Source: Escherichia coli (GTDB lineage: Bacteria; Pseudomonadota; Gammaproteobacteria; Enterobacterales; Enterobacteriaceae). From it: a stretch of DNA of 64,000 bases. The translations under genes and the position numbers were made by a program. Shown piece by piece: positions 9,179 to 19,785 of this stretch. A model generated the notes under the pieces. That model was not told the DNA's origin. It searched no databases and was given only the letters and a program-made list of their open reading frames with translations. The stretch's first letter is position 1. Each line of letters starts with the position of its first letter. The stretch lies in the NCBI RefSeq assembly GCF_044324875.1, contig NZ_CP172185.1; one strand, written 5' to 3'.

Positions 9179-9997
9179 ATGCGATTAGCCAGTCGTTTTG
9201 GTTATGCGAACCAGATACGCCGTGACCGTCCGCTGACCCGTGAAGAGCTGATGCACCATGTGCCCGGGATTTTCGGGGAAGATAAACACACCTCCCGGAG
9301 CCGGAACTATACATACATCCCCACCATCACCGTGCTGGAAAGCCTGCAGCGGGAAGGCTTTCAGCCATTCTTCGCCTGCCAGACCCGCGTACGTGACCCG
9401 GGTCGCCGGGGGTATACCAAACACATGCTGCGTCTGCGCCGTGACGGGGAGATAAACGGACAACATGTCCCTGAAATTATTCTGCTCAACTCTCATGACG
9501 GTACCTCCAGCTACCAGATGCTGCCGGGTTACTTCAGGTTCGTCTGCCAGAACGGATGCGTCTGCGGTCAGTCTCGGGGGGAAGTGCGTGTTCCGCACCG
9601 GGGAAATGTGGTGGACAGAGTCATTGAAGGGGCTTACGAGGTGGTGGGCGTGTTTGACCGGATAGAGGAGAAGCGTGATGCCATGCAGTCGCTGGTCCTG
9701 CCGCCACCGGCACGCCAGGCGCTGGCACAGGCGGCACTGACTTACCGTTATGGTGACGAACATCAGCCCGTCACCACCGCCGACATTCTGACACCACGAC
9801 GCCGGGAGGATTACGGTAAGGACCTGTGGAGTGCTTATCAGACCATCCAGGAGAATATGCTGAAAGGCGGGATTTCCGGTCGCAGTGCAAAAGGAAAACG
9901 TATCCATACCCGGGCCATTCACAGCATTGATACCGATATAAAACTCAACCGCGCATTGTGGGTGATGGCAGAAACGCTGCTGGAGAGCATGCGCTGA
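9179..9997 (+). CDS. DUF932-family protein (YfjQ/YafZ-like)
   Basis: 272-aa protein in the position and with the general sequence character of YafZ/YfjQ homologues that follow the GTPase in CP4-type islands. Confidence 0.6.
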   Translation: MRLASRFGYANQIRRDRPLTREELMHHVPGIFGEDKHTSRSRNYTYIPTITVLESLQREGFQPFFACQTRVRDPGRRGYTKHMLRLRRDGEINGQHVPEIILLNSHDGTSSYQMLPGYFRFVCQNGCVCGQSRGEVRVPHRGNVVDRVIEGAYEVVGVFDRIEEKRDAMQSLVLPPPARQALAQAALTYRYGDEHQPVTTADILTPRRREDYGKDLWSAYQTIQENMLKGGISGRSAKGKRIHTRAIHSIDTDIKLNRALWVMAETLLESMR

Positions 9998-10088
9998 TGC
10001 TGTTTCCCTGAAAGTGCAGCCCTGACTCACGTCTGTACCAGTCCCCAGGCATTCTTCCATTCATTTACTTTTTATAAGGAATCATCTC

Positions 10089-10574
10089 ATGACAACCTTT
10101 TCGCATAGCTCCACCACACCTTCTGTTTCCGCAACTACTGCATCAGGGAATAACCAGTCTCAACTGGTTGCCACTCCCGTCCCTGATGAACAGCGCATCA
10201 GCTTCTGGCCGCAGCACTTTGGCCTCATTCCACAGTGGGTGACCCTGGAGCCCCGTGTCTTCGGCTGGATGGACCGTCTGTGCGAAGACTACTGCGGTGG
10301 TATCTGGAATCTGTACACCCTGAACAACGGCGGGGCATTTATGGCCCCCGAACCGGATGATGATGATGACGAAACATGGGTACTGTTCAATGCCATGAAC
10401 GGTAACCGCGCTGAAATGAGCCCGGAAGCCGCCGGCATTGCCGCCTGTCTGATGACGTACAGTCATCACGCCTGCCGTACGGAGTGTTATGCCATGACGG
10501 TTCATTATTACCGTCTGCGGGATTACGCCCTGCAGCATCCGGAATGCAGCGCCATTATGCGCATCATTGACTGA
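10089..10574 (+). CDS. antirestriction protein (ArdB/KlcA-like; YfjX/YafX family)
   Basis: 161-aa acidic protein (DDDDDETW...), position between the DUF932 gene and the radC-like gene as in K-12 CP4 islands. Confidence 0.6.
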   Translation: MTTFSHSSTTPSVSATTASGNNQSQLVATPVPDEQRISFWPQHFGLIPQWVTLEPRVFGWMDRLCEDYCGGIWNLYTLNNGGAFMAPEPDDDDDETWVLFNAMNGNRAEMSPEAAGIAACLMTYSHHACRTECYAMTVHYYRLRDYALQHPECSAIMRIID

Positions 10575-10589
10575 AAGGGGGCCGGAACA

Positions 10590-11066
10590 ATGCAACAGAT
10601 TTCCTTTCTGCCCGGAGAAATGACAACCAGAGAGCGCAGCCTCATTCAGCGGGCCCTGAAAGCCCTGGACCGCCATCTTCATGAACCCGGCGTGGCCTTC
10701 ACCTCCACGCATGCGGCACGGGAATGGCTGATTCTGAACATGGCGGGACTGGAGCGTGAAGAATTCCGGGTGCTGTATCTGAACAACCAGAATCAGCTGA
10801 TTGCCGGTGAAACCCTCTTCACCGGCACCATCAACCGCACGGAAGTCCATCCCCGGGAAGTGATTAAACGCGCCCTGTACCACAATGCCGCTGCCGTGGT
10901 GCTGGCGCACAATCACCCGTCCGGTGAAGTCACACCCAGCAAGGCAGACCGCCTTATCACGGAACGTCTGGTACAGGCGCTGGCCCTGGTGGATATCCGG
11001 GTGCCGGACCATCTGATAGTCGGTGGCAGCCAGGTTTTCTCCTTTGCCGAACATGGTCTGCTTTAA
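10590..11066 (+). CDS. RadC-like JAB-domain protein (YeeS/YkfG/YfjY family)
   Basis: JAMM motif region HNHPSGEVTPSKADRLITERL typical of RadC-like proteins. Confidence 0.75.
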   Translation: MQQISFLPGEMTTRERSLIQRALKALDRHLHEPGVAFTSTHAAREWLILNMAGLEREEFRVLYLNNQNQLIAGETLFTGTINRTEVHPREVIKRALYHNAAAVVLAHNHPSGEVTPSKADRLITERLVQALALVDIRVPDHLIVGGSQVFSFAEHGLL

Positions 11067-11128
11067 CCCGTCACAACCACATCACACCTGTTTTCACTTT
11101 TATCTTCTGTCTTCAGAGGTATCCCATT

Positions 11129-11350
11129 ATGAAAATCATCACCCGTGGTGAAGCCATGCGTATTCACCAACAGCATCCTGCATCCCGTCTTTTTCCGTTC
11201 TGTACCGGCAAATACCGCTGGCACGGTGGCACTGAAGCGTATACCGGTCGTGAAGTGCAGGATATTCCCGGTGTGCTGGCCGTGTTTGCAGAACGCCGTA
11301 AGGACAGTTTTGGTCCGTATGTCCGGCTGATGAGCGTCACCCTGAACTGA
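11129..11350 (+). CDS. DUF987-family protein (YeeT/YkfH-like)
   Basis: 73-aa protein in the conserved position between the radC-like gene and the CbeA/CbtA module. Confidence 0.6.
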   Translation: MKIITRGEAMRIHQQHPASRLFPFCTGKYRWHGGTEAYTGREVQDIPGVLAVFAERRKDSFGPYVRLMSVTLN

Positions 11351-11364
11351 GTCAGGGCATTCTG

Positions 11365-12009
11365 ATGAGCAGAATTATCACCATCACAGTGTATACGCTG
11401 GATGAACTTTCCTGCCCGGCACGGGAAAAAGCCCGCGACGGGTACCGTCAGCATCATGCTGACAGCAGCTGGTATGAAAACGTGTATGAGGACTTCAGGG
11501 CGGTCTGTGACATTGTCGGGATTGCCCTCCGCCAGCGAGTTATCCGGCTCAGCAGCGGCAGGTTTATGGAAGAGCCGTGCATCTGGTTCAGCGGCTTCAG
11601 CAGCCAGGGGGACGGAGCCTGTTTTGACGGGCGCTGGCACTGGCAGCCGGCAACAGCCAGGAAAATCCGGGAATATGCCCCGCAGGACCGTGAGCTTCAT
11701 CGTATCGCGGATGCCCTGCAGGCGGTGCAGAAGCGTAACTTCCGGCAGCTTCAGGCTGAAATCCGCCACCGGGGACGCTACTGCCATCCGTACAGCATGG
11801 ATATCACCGTCACCCGGGACAGTCCGACTGGTCAGGCTATGACAGCCGATGCGGAAGCCGCTGTCAGCGAAGCCCTGCGCGACCTGGCCTTCTGGCTGTA
11901 CCGTCAACTGGAAAACGAGTACGACCAGATGACCTCAGACGCCGCTGTGGATGAGGCCATTCTCATCAATGCATACATCTTCACCGAAACCGGTCAGCGC
12001 ACCGGCTGA
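11365..12009 (+). CDS. hypothetical protein (214 aa) between DUF987 and cbeA
   Basis: Plus-strand ORF with mixed, protein-like composition. The competing minus-strand ORF 11164..11907 is Pro/Ala/Arg/Gly-rich, as expected of an antisense artefact in GC-rich DNA. No family recognised. Confidence 0.45.
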   Translation: MSRIITITVYTLDELSCPAREKARDGYRQHHADSSWYENVYEDFRAVCDIVGIALRQRVIRLSSGRFMEEPCIWFSGFSSQGDGACFDGRWHWQPATARKIREYAPQDRELHRIADALQAVQKRNFRQLQAEIRHRGRYCHPYSMDITVTRDSPTGQAMTADAEAAVSEALRDLAFWLYRQLENEYDQMTSDAAVDEAILINAYIFTETGQRTG

Positions 12010-12058
12010 CCTGTCATCGTTAAACCATTCTTAACCACTTTTCAGAGAGGATTTTATC

Positions 12059-12427
12059 GTGTCAGACACACTCTCCGGGATAACTCATCCCGACGACAAT
12101 CACGACCGCCCCTGGTGGGGGCTTCCCTGCACAGTGAGGCCCTGTTTTGGCGCCCGTCTGGTGCAGGAGGGTAACCGCCTGCATTACCTTGCCGACCGCG
12201 CCGGCATCAGAGGCCGGTTCAGCGATGCGGATGCATACCATCTGGACCAGGCCTTTCCGCTGCTGATGAAACAACTGGAACTCATGCTCACCAGCGGTGA
12301 ACTGAATCCCCGCCATCAGCATACCGTCACGCTGTATGCAAAAGGGCTGACCTGCGAAGCCGACACCCTCGGCAGTTGTGGTTACGTTTATCTGGCTGTT
12401 TATCCGACGCCCGAAACGAAAAAGTAA
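12059..12427 (+). CDS. cbeA: type IV toxin-antitoxin system antitoxin CbeA (YeeU/YfjZ/YagB family)
   Basis: MSDTLSGITHPDDNHDRPWWGLPCTVRPCFGARLVQEGNRLHYLADRAGIRG... near-identical to remembered K-12 YeeU. Confidence 0.85.
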   Translation: MSDTLSGITHPDDNHDRPWWGLPCTVRPCFGARLVQEGNRLHYLADRAGIRGRFSDADAYHLDQAFPLLMKQLELMLTSGELNPRHQHTVTLYAKGLTCEADTLGSCGYVYLAVYPTPETKK

Positions 12428-12517
12428 ACCACCGGAATAACCTTCTGCTCCGGCCAGGTGTTTTCACCACGCCACTCTCCCCATAATTTAATCTCTCATA
12501 TCAGGAAAATCTTCAGT

Positions 12518-12928
12518 ATGAAATTATTACCCGACACACATGTACGGGAGGCATCGTGCTGCCCGTCTCCCGTCACCATCTGGCAGACACTGCTCATCCG
12601 TCTGCTGGACCAGCACTATGGCCTCACACTGAATGACACACCGTTCGCTGATGAACGTGTGATTGAGCAGCATATTGAGGCCGGCATTTCACTGTGCGAT
12701 GCGGTGAACTTTCTCGTTGAAAAATACGCACTGGTACGTACCGACCAGCCGGGATTCAGCGCAGGAGCCCCGTCGCAGTTAATCAACAGCATCGATATTC
12801 TCCGGGCCCGCCGGGCAACAGGCCTGATGACACGTAATAACTACAGAATGGTAAATAACATTACCCTGGGTAGCATCCGGGGGCGAAACGATGAAACTTT
12901 CCCTGACGCTGGAAGCCGACAGCGTTAA
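12518..12928 (+). CDS. cbtA: type IV toxin-antitoxin system toxin CbtA (YeeV/YkfI/YpjF family)
   Basis: Internal Met of ORF 12458..12928; ...[62 protein letters not shown]... matches remembered YeeV. C-terminus differs from K-12 and overlaps the next gene. Confidence 0.8.
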   Translation: MKLLPDTHVREASCCPSPVTIWQTLLIRLLDQHYGLTLNDTPFADERVIEQHIEAGISLCDAVNFLVEKYALVRTDQPGFSAGAPSQLINSIDILRARRATGLMTRNNYRMVNNITLGSIRGRNDETFPDAGSRQR

Positions 12929-13316
12929 CGTACAGGCGCTGAACATGGGGCGAATTGTCGTTGACATTGATGGTGTTGAGCTCACTGAACTGATTAACAA
13001 GGTCGCTGAAAACGGTTATTCACTCCGCGTGGTGGATGAACGTGACGCTACCGAAACACCGGCGACTTCTGCCAGCTCTCATCAGTTGCCGGAAGACAAT
13101 ACAGTGATACAGAGCGTGATGCCATTAACCACTGAAACAGCGCTGGATATCCTCATTGCGTGGCTGCAGGACAATATCGACTGCGGGTCCGGAATTATTT
13201 TCGACAACGATGAGGATAAAACGGATTCGGCAGCACTGCTGCCCTGTATCGAACAGGCCAGAGCAGATATCCGCACCCTGCGCCAGCTGCAGCAGCTTCT
13301 GCACCAGAACCGGTGA
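12891..13316 (+). CDS. YeeW-like protein (DUF5983)
   Basis: 141-aa ORF immediately after and overlapping cbtA, the position of yeeW in CP4-44. Confidence 0.55.
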   Translation: MKLSLTLEADSVNVQALNMGRIVVDIDGVELTELINKVAENGYSLRVVDERDATETPATSASSHQLPEDNTVIQSVMPLTTETALDILIAWLQDNIDCGSGIIFDNDEDKTDSAALLPCIEQARADIRTLRQLQQLLHQNR

Positions 13317-13343
13317 GTCTCACTCACCACGATTCATTAACCT

Positions 13344-13377
13344 GACGCCAGTCCGAATACGACTGGCGTTTTCATTT
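13344..13377 (+). terminator. putative intrinsic terminator after the yeeW-like gene
   Basis: GACGCCAGTC-loop-GACTGGCGT followed by a T-rich tract. Confidence 0.5.
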
Positions 13378-13399
13378 ATCAGAAAAAAGGGAAACAGTT

Positions 13400-14248
13400 A
13401 TGTCAGACATCACCATCTCCCGTCCGGAAGCGCTTAACGGACATACGGACCTTATCTGCTCCACAGATATCCGGCACGTTGTGACGGTACGGAATGAAGC
13501 ACTGCAACAAACCGAAAGGCTTATCCGGCAACTGGCAGAAATCTCAGCAATGACAGAAAGTATTGGCGGTAAAACTGTCCGGGACTGGGCCGTGAAACAG
13601 GATTTTCGCTGTGGCTGCTGGCTGATGGAAAAACCGGAAACCGCAATGAAAGCCATCACCCGTAACCTTGACCGCGAAATCTGGCGTGACCTGATGCAAC
13701 GCTCCGGGATGCTGAGTCTGATGGATGTACAGACGCGTGATTAATGGTACCGTTCACTGGAGGAGGATAATTTCCCGGAAATCAGCGAAGCGAATATCCT
13801 GAGCACGGCTGAACAACTGCACCGTAACAGGTATGAAATGGCTGAACGCGGCGTCATCAACCTCTTCAGGGGACTGAGCCGGACGCACAACAGCAGGTCA
13901 CCCTGTAAATTCGGCAGTAAGATTATCCTCAACAATCTGGTGAAATGGGACTGGTGGGGATTTGGTCTGAACCATGGTCCGCAGGCCGGGCAGCTTGCCG
14001 ACCTGGAAAGGATACTGTATCAGTTCAGCGGCAAACCCATACCCGATTACAGGGACAATATTATCATTCGTCTGGATGAGCACATCCGGTCCGTTCAGGG
14101 TAAAGCGTGCTATGAGGATGAGATGTTCAGCATCAGATACTTCAGGAAGGGCTCCGCGCATATCACGTTTAAACACCCGGAACTGGTGGAGAAGCTGAAT
14201 GCTGTTCTGGCGAAACATTATTCGGTAAAGTTCCATTCTTCTGTATAA
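13400..14248 (+). pseudogene. DUF4942-family gene interrupted by an in-frame TAA (13742-13744)
   Basis: ORFs 13400..13744 and 13838..14248 are in the same frame and joined by an open in-frame stretch (…WYRSLEEDNFPEISEANILSTAEQLHRNRYE…) apart from the single stop; the DUF4942 assignment is from memory of genes that follow cbtA/yeeW. Confidence 0.5.
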
Positions 14249-14555
14249 ACTTACACATCATGGGTATTGTGTCTCGCCCTGAACAAGGCCGACAGGTATA
14301 CTGCATTCGCTGAGTCATTACAGATAATGCCTCAACTGAGTTCAATCTACCTCCATGTACAACAACAATACGATGGGGGCTACATTGGGGGCTATATTTT
14401 CAAGAAAAACGTATATAGTTCAATTAAATCAATAAACTGAAAAAATTTCACCATTCCCCTCTGGGGAGAGGATTAGGGTGAGGGGCGCAAACCCGCTCCG
14501 GGGCCATTAATTACCCTGAATTTGATTATTTACACCACGGTAACAGGAACAACAT

Positions 14556-15215
14556 ATGCAGTTTGACTGGAGTGCCATCTGGCCTGCCATTCCGCTTCTG
14601 ATTGAAGGTGCCAAAATGACCCTGTGGATTTCGGTCCTCGGTTTGGCTGGCGGTCTGGTGATCGGATTGCTGGCAGGTTTTGCACGCACCTTCGGTGGTT
14701 GGATAGCCAACCACGTCGCGCTGGTCTTTATTGAAGTGATCCGCGGCACACCTATCGTCGTCCAGGTGATGTTTATTTATTTCGCCCTGCCGATGGCGTT
14801 TAACGACTTACGCATCGACCCGTTTACTGCGGCGGTGGTCACCATCATGATCAACTCCGGCGCGTACATTGCGGAAATCACGCGTGGTGCGGTGCTGTCT
14901 ATTCACAAAGGTTTTCGTGAAGCAGGACTGGCGCTCGGTCTTTCACGTTGGGAAACCATTCGCTACGTCATTTTACCGCTGGCACTGCGTCGTATGCTGC
15001 CGCCGCTGGGTAACCAGTGGATCATCAGTATAAAAGATACCTCGCTGTTTATTGTTATCGGCGTGGCGGAACTGACCCGTCAGGGGCAAGAAATTATTGC
15101 CGGTAACTTCCGCGCCCTTGAGATCTGGAGCGCCGTGGCGGTGTTCTATCTGATTATTACCCTGGTGCTGAGCTTTATTCTGCGTCGTCTGGAAAGAAGG
15201 ATGAAAATCCTGTGA
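14556..15215 (+). CDS. glnP: glutamine ABC transporter permease GlnP
   Basis: 219 aa; matches remembered K-12 GlnP. Confidence 0.95.
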
Positions 15216-15934
15216 TTGAATTTAAAAACGTCTCCAAGCATTTTGGTCCAACCCAGGTGCTGCACAATATCGATTTGAACATTGCTCAGGGCGAAGTCGT
15301 GGTGATTATCGGGCCGTCCGGTTCCGGTAAATCGACCCTGCTGCGCTGCATCAACAAACTGGAAGAAATCACTTCCGGCGATCTGATTGTCGATGGCCTG
15401 AAGGTTAACGATCCGAAAGTTGACGAGCGCCTGATTCGCCAGGAAGCAGGTATGGTGTTCCAGCAGTTTTACCTCTTCCCGCATCTGACGGCGCTGGAAA
15501 ACGTCATGTTTGGTCCGCTACGCGTGCGTGGCGCGAACAAAGAAGAGGCGGAAAAACTGGCGCGTGAGCTGCTGGCGAAAGTCGGCCTGGCAGAACGCGC
15601 TCACCACTACCCTTCCGAGCTTTCTGGTGGTCAGCAACAGCGTGTGGCGATTGCCCGTGCGCTGGCGGTAAAACCGAAAATGATGCTGTTCGATGAACCG
15701 ACTTCCGCTCTTGACCCGGAACTGCGCCATGAAGTGCTGAAGGTTATGCAGGACCTGGCTGAAGAAGGGATGACGATGGTGATCGTGACCCACGAAATCG
15801 GTTTTGCCGAGAAAGTAGCTTCGCGCCTGATCTTTATCGACAAAGGCCGGATTGCGGAAGATGGCGATCCGCAGGTGTTAATCAAGAACCCACCGAGCCA
15901 GCGCTTGCAGGAATTTTTGCAGCACGTCTCTTAA
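15212..15934 (+). CDS. glnQ: glutamine ABC transporter ATP-binding protein GlnQ
   Basis: 240 aa; Walker [10 protein letters not shown] and signature LSGGQQQR; matches remembered K-12 GlnQ. Confidence 0.95.
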
Positions 15935-15942
15935 CTTCTCAG

Positions 15943-15966
15943 CCTCCCTTTCCCCCGAAAGGGAGG
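15943..15966 (+). terminator. GC-rich hairpin downstream of glnQ (possible terminator)
   Basis: CCTCCCTTT-CCCCCG-AAAGGGAGG; no clear U-tract, so low confidence. Confidence 0.3.
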
Positions 15967-16050
15967 CACACCAGATTCCTCTCATTTAAAATCGCCCCTC
16001 CCCCAGCATCTATACTTATCTTTTTGCTCTGTTTTCTCACTGGAGGAGTC

Positions 16051-18276
16051 ATGCGGTGGATCCTGTTCATCCTCTTCTGCCTGCTGGGCGCACCTGCCCA
16101 CGCGGTATCCATACCCGGCGTTACAACCACAACGACAACGGACTCAACGACTGAACCGGCCCCGGAACCGGATATCGAACAAAAAAAAGCGGCCTATGGC
16201 GCACTGGCGGATGTGCTGGATAATGACACCTCGCGTAAAGAGTTGATCGACCAGTTGCGCACCGTCGCCGCGACGCCCCCTGCGGAACCCGTACCGAAGA
16301 TCGTGCCGCCGACGCTGGTTGAAGAGCAAACCGTGCTGCAAAAAGTCACCGAAGTCAGCCGCCATTATGGTGAAGCCCTTTCCGCCCGCTTCGGACAGCT
16401 TTATCGCAATATCACCGGCTCCCCGCATAAGCCGTTTAATCCACAAACCTTCAGCAATGCGTTGACCCATTTTTCAATGTTAGCGGTATTAGTGTTTGGT
16501 TTTTACTGGCTGATTCGCCTGTGCGCACTGCCGCTGTATCGCAAAATGGGCCAGTGGGCGCGGCAAAAAAATCGTGAGCGCAGTAACTGGTTGCAGCTTC
16601 CGGCGATGATTATCGGGGCGTTTATTATCGACCTGCTGTTACTGGCACTGACATTATTTGTCGGTCAGGTTTTAAGCGACAACCTGAATGCGGGCAGTCG
16701 CACCATCGCTTTCCAACAAAGTTTGTTTCTCAACGCCTTTGCCCTGATTGAATTTTTCAAAGCTGTACTACGCCTGATTTTTTGCCCAAACGTGGCGGAA
16801 CTGCGCCCGTTCACGATTCATGACGAGACCGCCCGTTACTGGAGCCGTCGCCTGAGCTGGTTAAGCAGCCTGATTGGCTATGGCCTGATTGTGGCCGTGC
16901 CGATTATCTCTAATCAGGTGAATGTACAGATAGGTGCGCTGGCGAACGTCATCATTATGCTGTGCATGACGGTCTGGGCGTTGTACCTGATCTTTCGAAA
17001 TAAAAAAGAGATTACCCAGCATTTGCTCAACTTCGCGGAGCATTCGCTGGCCTTTTTCAGCCTGTTTATCCGCGCCTTTGCGCTGGTGTGGCACTGGCTG
17101 GCAAGCGCCTATTTTATCGTGCTGTTTTTCTTTTCGTTGTTCGATCCGGGCAACAGCCTGAAATTTATGATGGGTGCAACGGTGCGCAGCCTGGCGATTA
17201 TTGGTATCGCAGCATTTGTTTCCGGTATGTTTTCCCGTTGGCTGGCGAAAACCATCACTCTCTCGCCACATACTCAGCGTAACTATCCGGAGCTGCAAAA
17301 ACGGTTGAATGGCTGGCTGTCGGCGGCGCTGAAAACGGCGCGTATTCTGACAGTCTGCGTGGCGGTAATGTTGCTGTTGAGCGCATGGGGATTGTTCGAT
17401 TTCTGGAACTGGCTGCAAAACGGTGCGGGGCAGAAAACCGTAGATATCCTGATCCGTATCGCACTCATTCTTTTCTTCTCGGCGGTTGGCTGGACAGTGC
17501 TCGCCAGTTTGATCGAAAACCGGCTGGCTTCGGATATTCATGGCCGCCCGCTACCCAGCGCCCGTACGCGTACCCTGCTGACGCTGTTTCGTAACGCGCT
17601 GGCGGTGATTATCAGTACCATCACCATCATGATTGTGTTGTCGGAAATCGGCGTTAATATCGCGCCATTGCTGGCAGGTGCCGGGGCATTAGGTCTGGCT
17701 ATCTCTTTTGGTTCGCAAACACTGGTGAAAGATATTATCACCGGGGTATTTATTCAGTTTGAAAACGGCATGAACACTGGAGATTTGGTGACTATCGGGC
17801 CGTTGACCGGTACTGTGGAACGGATGTCGATTCGCTCCGTGGGCGTACGCCAGGATACCGGGGCGTATCACATCATTCCGTGGTCTTCGATTACCACCTT
17901 TGCTAACTTTGTCCGCGGCATTGGTTCGGTAGTGGCAAATTATGATGTTGATCGCCATGAAGATGCTGATAAAGCCAATCAGGCACTGAAAGATGCGGTA
18001 GCGGAATTAATGGAAAACGAAGAAATTCGCGGGTTGATTATCGGTGAACCGAACTTTGCCGGGATTGTCGGCTTAAGCAATACCGCATTTACACTGCGTG
18101 TTTCGTTCACCACGCTGCCACTCAAACAGTGGACGGTCCGCTTTGCCCTCGACAGCCAGGTGAAAAAACATTTCGACCTGGCGGGCGTTCGCGCGCCGGT
18201 GCAGACTTATCAGGTGCTGCCTGCTCCGGGCGCGGCCCCGGCTGAACCGCTGCCGCCGGGGGAGCCAACGCTTTAA
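16051..18276 (+). CDS. ybiO: mechanosensitive channel YbiO (MscS family)
   Basis: [18 protein letters not shown] signal-like N-terminus, multi-TM region and MscS-like C-terminal domain; start at the ATG at 16051 preceded by GGAGG. Confidence 0.9.
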   Translation: MRWILFILFCLLGAPAHAVSIPGVTTTTTTDSTTEPAPEPDIEQKKAAYGALADVLDNDTSRKELIDQLRTVAATPPAEPVPKIVPPTLVEEQTVLQKVTEVSRHYGEALSARFGQLYRNITGSPHKPFNPQTFSNALTHFSMLAVLVFGFYWLIRLCALPLYRKMGQWARQKNRERSNWLQLPAMIIGAFIIDLLLLALTLFVGQVLSDNLNAGSRTIAFQQSLFLNAFALIEFFKAVLRLIFCPNVAELRPFTIHDETARYWSRRLSWLSSLIGYGLIVAVPIISNQVNVQIGALANVIIMLCMTVWALYLIFRNKKEITQHLLNFAEHSLAFFSLFIRAFALVWHWLASAYFIVLFFFSLFDPGNSLKFMMGATVRSLAIIGIAAFVSGMFSRWLAKTITLSPHTQRNYPELQKRLNGWLSAALKTARILTVCVAVMLLLSAWGLFDFWNWLQNGAGQKTVDILIRIALILFFSAVGWTVLASLIENRLASDIHGRPLPSARTRTLLTLFRNALAVIISTITIMIVLSEIGVNIAPLLAGAGALGLAISFGSQTLVKDIITGVFIQFENGMNTGDLVTIGPLTGTVERMSIRSVGVRQDTGAYHIIPWSSITTFANFVRGIGSVVANYDVDRHEDADKANQALKDAVAELMENEEIRGLIIGEPNFAGIVGLSNTAFTLRVSFTTLPLKQWTVRFALDSQVKKHFDLAGVRAPVQTYQVLPAPGAAPAEPLPPGEPTL

Positions 18277-19199
18277 CGTTGGCGATTGACAAAACGGCGG
18301 CGCTGCTCGTCGTTCATAAAGGTCCAGGCAATAAAGCGACTCTGCTTTTGCCCCTGGGCCATCTCTTTTTTTACCACCTTCACCGCGCCCACGTCCGTCA
18401 GAGCACGATACAACGGCGGTAAGTTTTCACCACGAGATACCAGCGAGGTAAACCACATCACCTGCTTCGCGAAGCCTTTGCTCTCTTCAATCATCTTTTT
18501 GATAAAAGCGACTTCACCGCCTTCACACCACAACTCCTGTTGCTGACCACCAAAGTTCAGTACATCGTCTTTGTTCAGCCCCAGGTTACGGCGTTTACGT
18601 TCACTACCTGCCCGTGCCGCAGCGGCGGAATCGTGGAATGGCGGGTTACACAAGGTCGCGTCGTATTGCTCGTTTTTATGGATGATGCCGTTAAAAATCG
18701 CCCCACTCTCTTTTTGCCGACGCAGACGAATGGCGCGGTTAAGCCCCGGATTAGCACTGATGATCGCCTGCGCACTGCTTAACGCCTGGCTGCTGGTTTC
18801 ACTACCAGTAAAACGCCAGCCATATTCATGTACGCCAATCAGCGGGTAAATACAGTTCGCACCAACGCCGATATCCAGAATGCTGGCATTCGCTGGAATT
18901 GTTCCGCTTGCTTCTGCCAGTAAATCGGCAAGGTGATGAATATAATCCGCCCGGCCCGGTACTGGTGGGCAGAGAAAACCGTCGGGGATATCCCAGTTCG
19001 CTACGGCGTAAAAATGGGCCAGCAACGCCTTATTGAGCGCCTTCACCGCCAGCGGATTGGCAAAGTCTACGCTTTGCTCCCCGGCGGGTGTAAGCGTGAG
19101 GAATTGCCTGAGTTCAGGATTGACCTGACAAAGCGTGGCGAGATCGTAGCGGCTGTGATGACGGTTGCGCGGATGCAACCCCGGTTTCTGGGCGGACAT
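18273..19199 (-). CDS. rlmF: 23S rRNA m6A1618 methyltransferase RlmF
   Basis: [24 protein letters not shown]... matches remembered K-12 RlmF (308 aa); ORF track extends further upstream. Confidence 0.9.
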   Translation of the reverse strand: MSAQKPGLHPRNRHHSRYDLATLCQVNPELRQFLTLTPAGEQSVDFANPLAVKALNKALLAHFYAVANWDIPDGFLCPPVPGRADYIHHLADLLAEASGTIPANASILDIGVGANCIYPLIGVHEYGWRFTGSETSSQALSSAQAIISANPGLNRAIRLRRQKESGAIFNGIIHKNEQYDATLCNPPFHDSAAAARAGSERKRRNLGLNKDDVLNFGGQQQELWCEGGEVAFIKKMIEESKGFAKQVMWFTSLVSRGENLPPLYRALTDVGAVKVVKKEMAQGQKQSRFIAWTFMNDEQRRRFVNRQR

Positions 19200-19474
19200 A
19201 GCATTCTCCTTTAAGCAGCGGCGTAAGATACCCGCATAACGCGACAGGGTAAATATCTGGCTGCGTTTATCATTTCTATAAACCTTCACATGGCTATGGT
19301 TTATGGCAATTCATCATAAAAATCAGCATCATGCATGTCATTGATTTGTCTTATTTTGTAAAAATATATCGTTCAAAAAATAAGCGTATCTCTGTCAATT
19401 TTTTGCGTCATTTTCATCGCCCAGGCGACCTACACTTATCAGGCACTACCCGTTGTATTTATGAGGATGTCATT

Positions 19475-19735
19475 ATGAAAAAGTGCCTCACACTACTGAT
19501 TGCCACCGTCCTGAGCGGAATCTCTCTCACGGCTTATGCCGCGCAACCGATGAGTAACCTGGACAGCGGTCAGCTACGGCCCGCCGGTACCGTTTCGGCA
19601 ACTGGCGCATCAAACCTAAGCGATCTGGAGGATAAACTGGCAGAAAAAGCGCGCGAGCAAGGCGCGAAAGGTTATGTCATTAATTCCGCAGGCGGAAATG
19701 ACCAGATGTTCGGTACTGCAACCATCTACAAATAA
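19475..19735 (+). CDS. mcbA: McbA (YbiM), DUF1471-family periplasmic protein
   Basis: MKKCLTLLIATVLSGISLTAYA signal peptide and C-terminal ...TATIYK; paralog of ybiJ. Confidence 0.85.
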   Translation: MKKCLTLLIATVLSGISLTAYAAQPMSNLDSGQLRPAGTVSATGASNLSDLEDKLAEKAREQGAKGYVINSAGGNDQMFGTATIYK

Positions 19736-19749
19736 CCCCACCAACGTAA

Positions 19750-19785
19750 CTGCATTCGCCTCTGGATGCAGTTTTCGCCTGTTTT
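19750..19785 (+). terminator. putative terminator after mcbA
   Basis: Short hairpin CTGCAT...ATGCAG followed by TTTTCGCCTGTTTT. Confidence 0.35.

Noticed and set aside
9185-10060. 291-aa minus-strand ORF overlapping the DUF932 gene
   Set aside because: Antisense to a recognisable plus-strand gene in GC-rich DNA; most likely a stop-codon-poor artefact rather than a gene.
10143-11054. 303-aa minus-strand ORF spanning the antirestriction and radC-like genes
   Set aside because: Same reasoning; overlaps two well-supported plus-strand genes.
11164-11907. 247-aa minus-strand ORF overlapping the 214-aa plus-strand ORF
   Set aside because: Pro/Ala/Arg/Gly-rich low-complexity translation and wrong orientation for the cassette; the plus-strand ORF was preferred, though neither has homology support.
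14373-14438. 21-codon ORF (MGATLGAIFSRKTYIVQLNQ) just upstream of glnP
   Set aside because: Too short to support without conservation or expression data.
16861-17541. 226-aa minus-strand ORF inside ybiO, plus similar antisense ORFs within fiu, dinG, rhlE, uvrB and the bio and moa genes
   Set aside because: All lie antisense within well-supported conserved genes.
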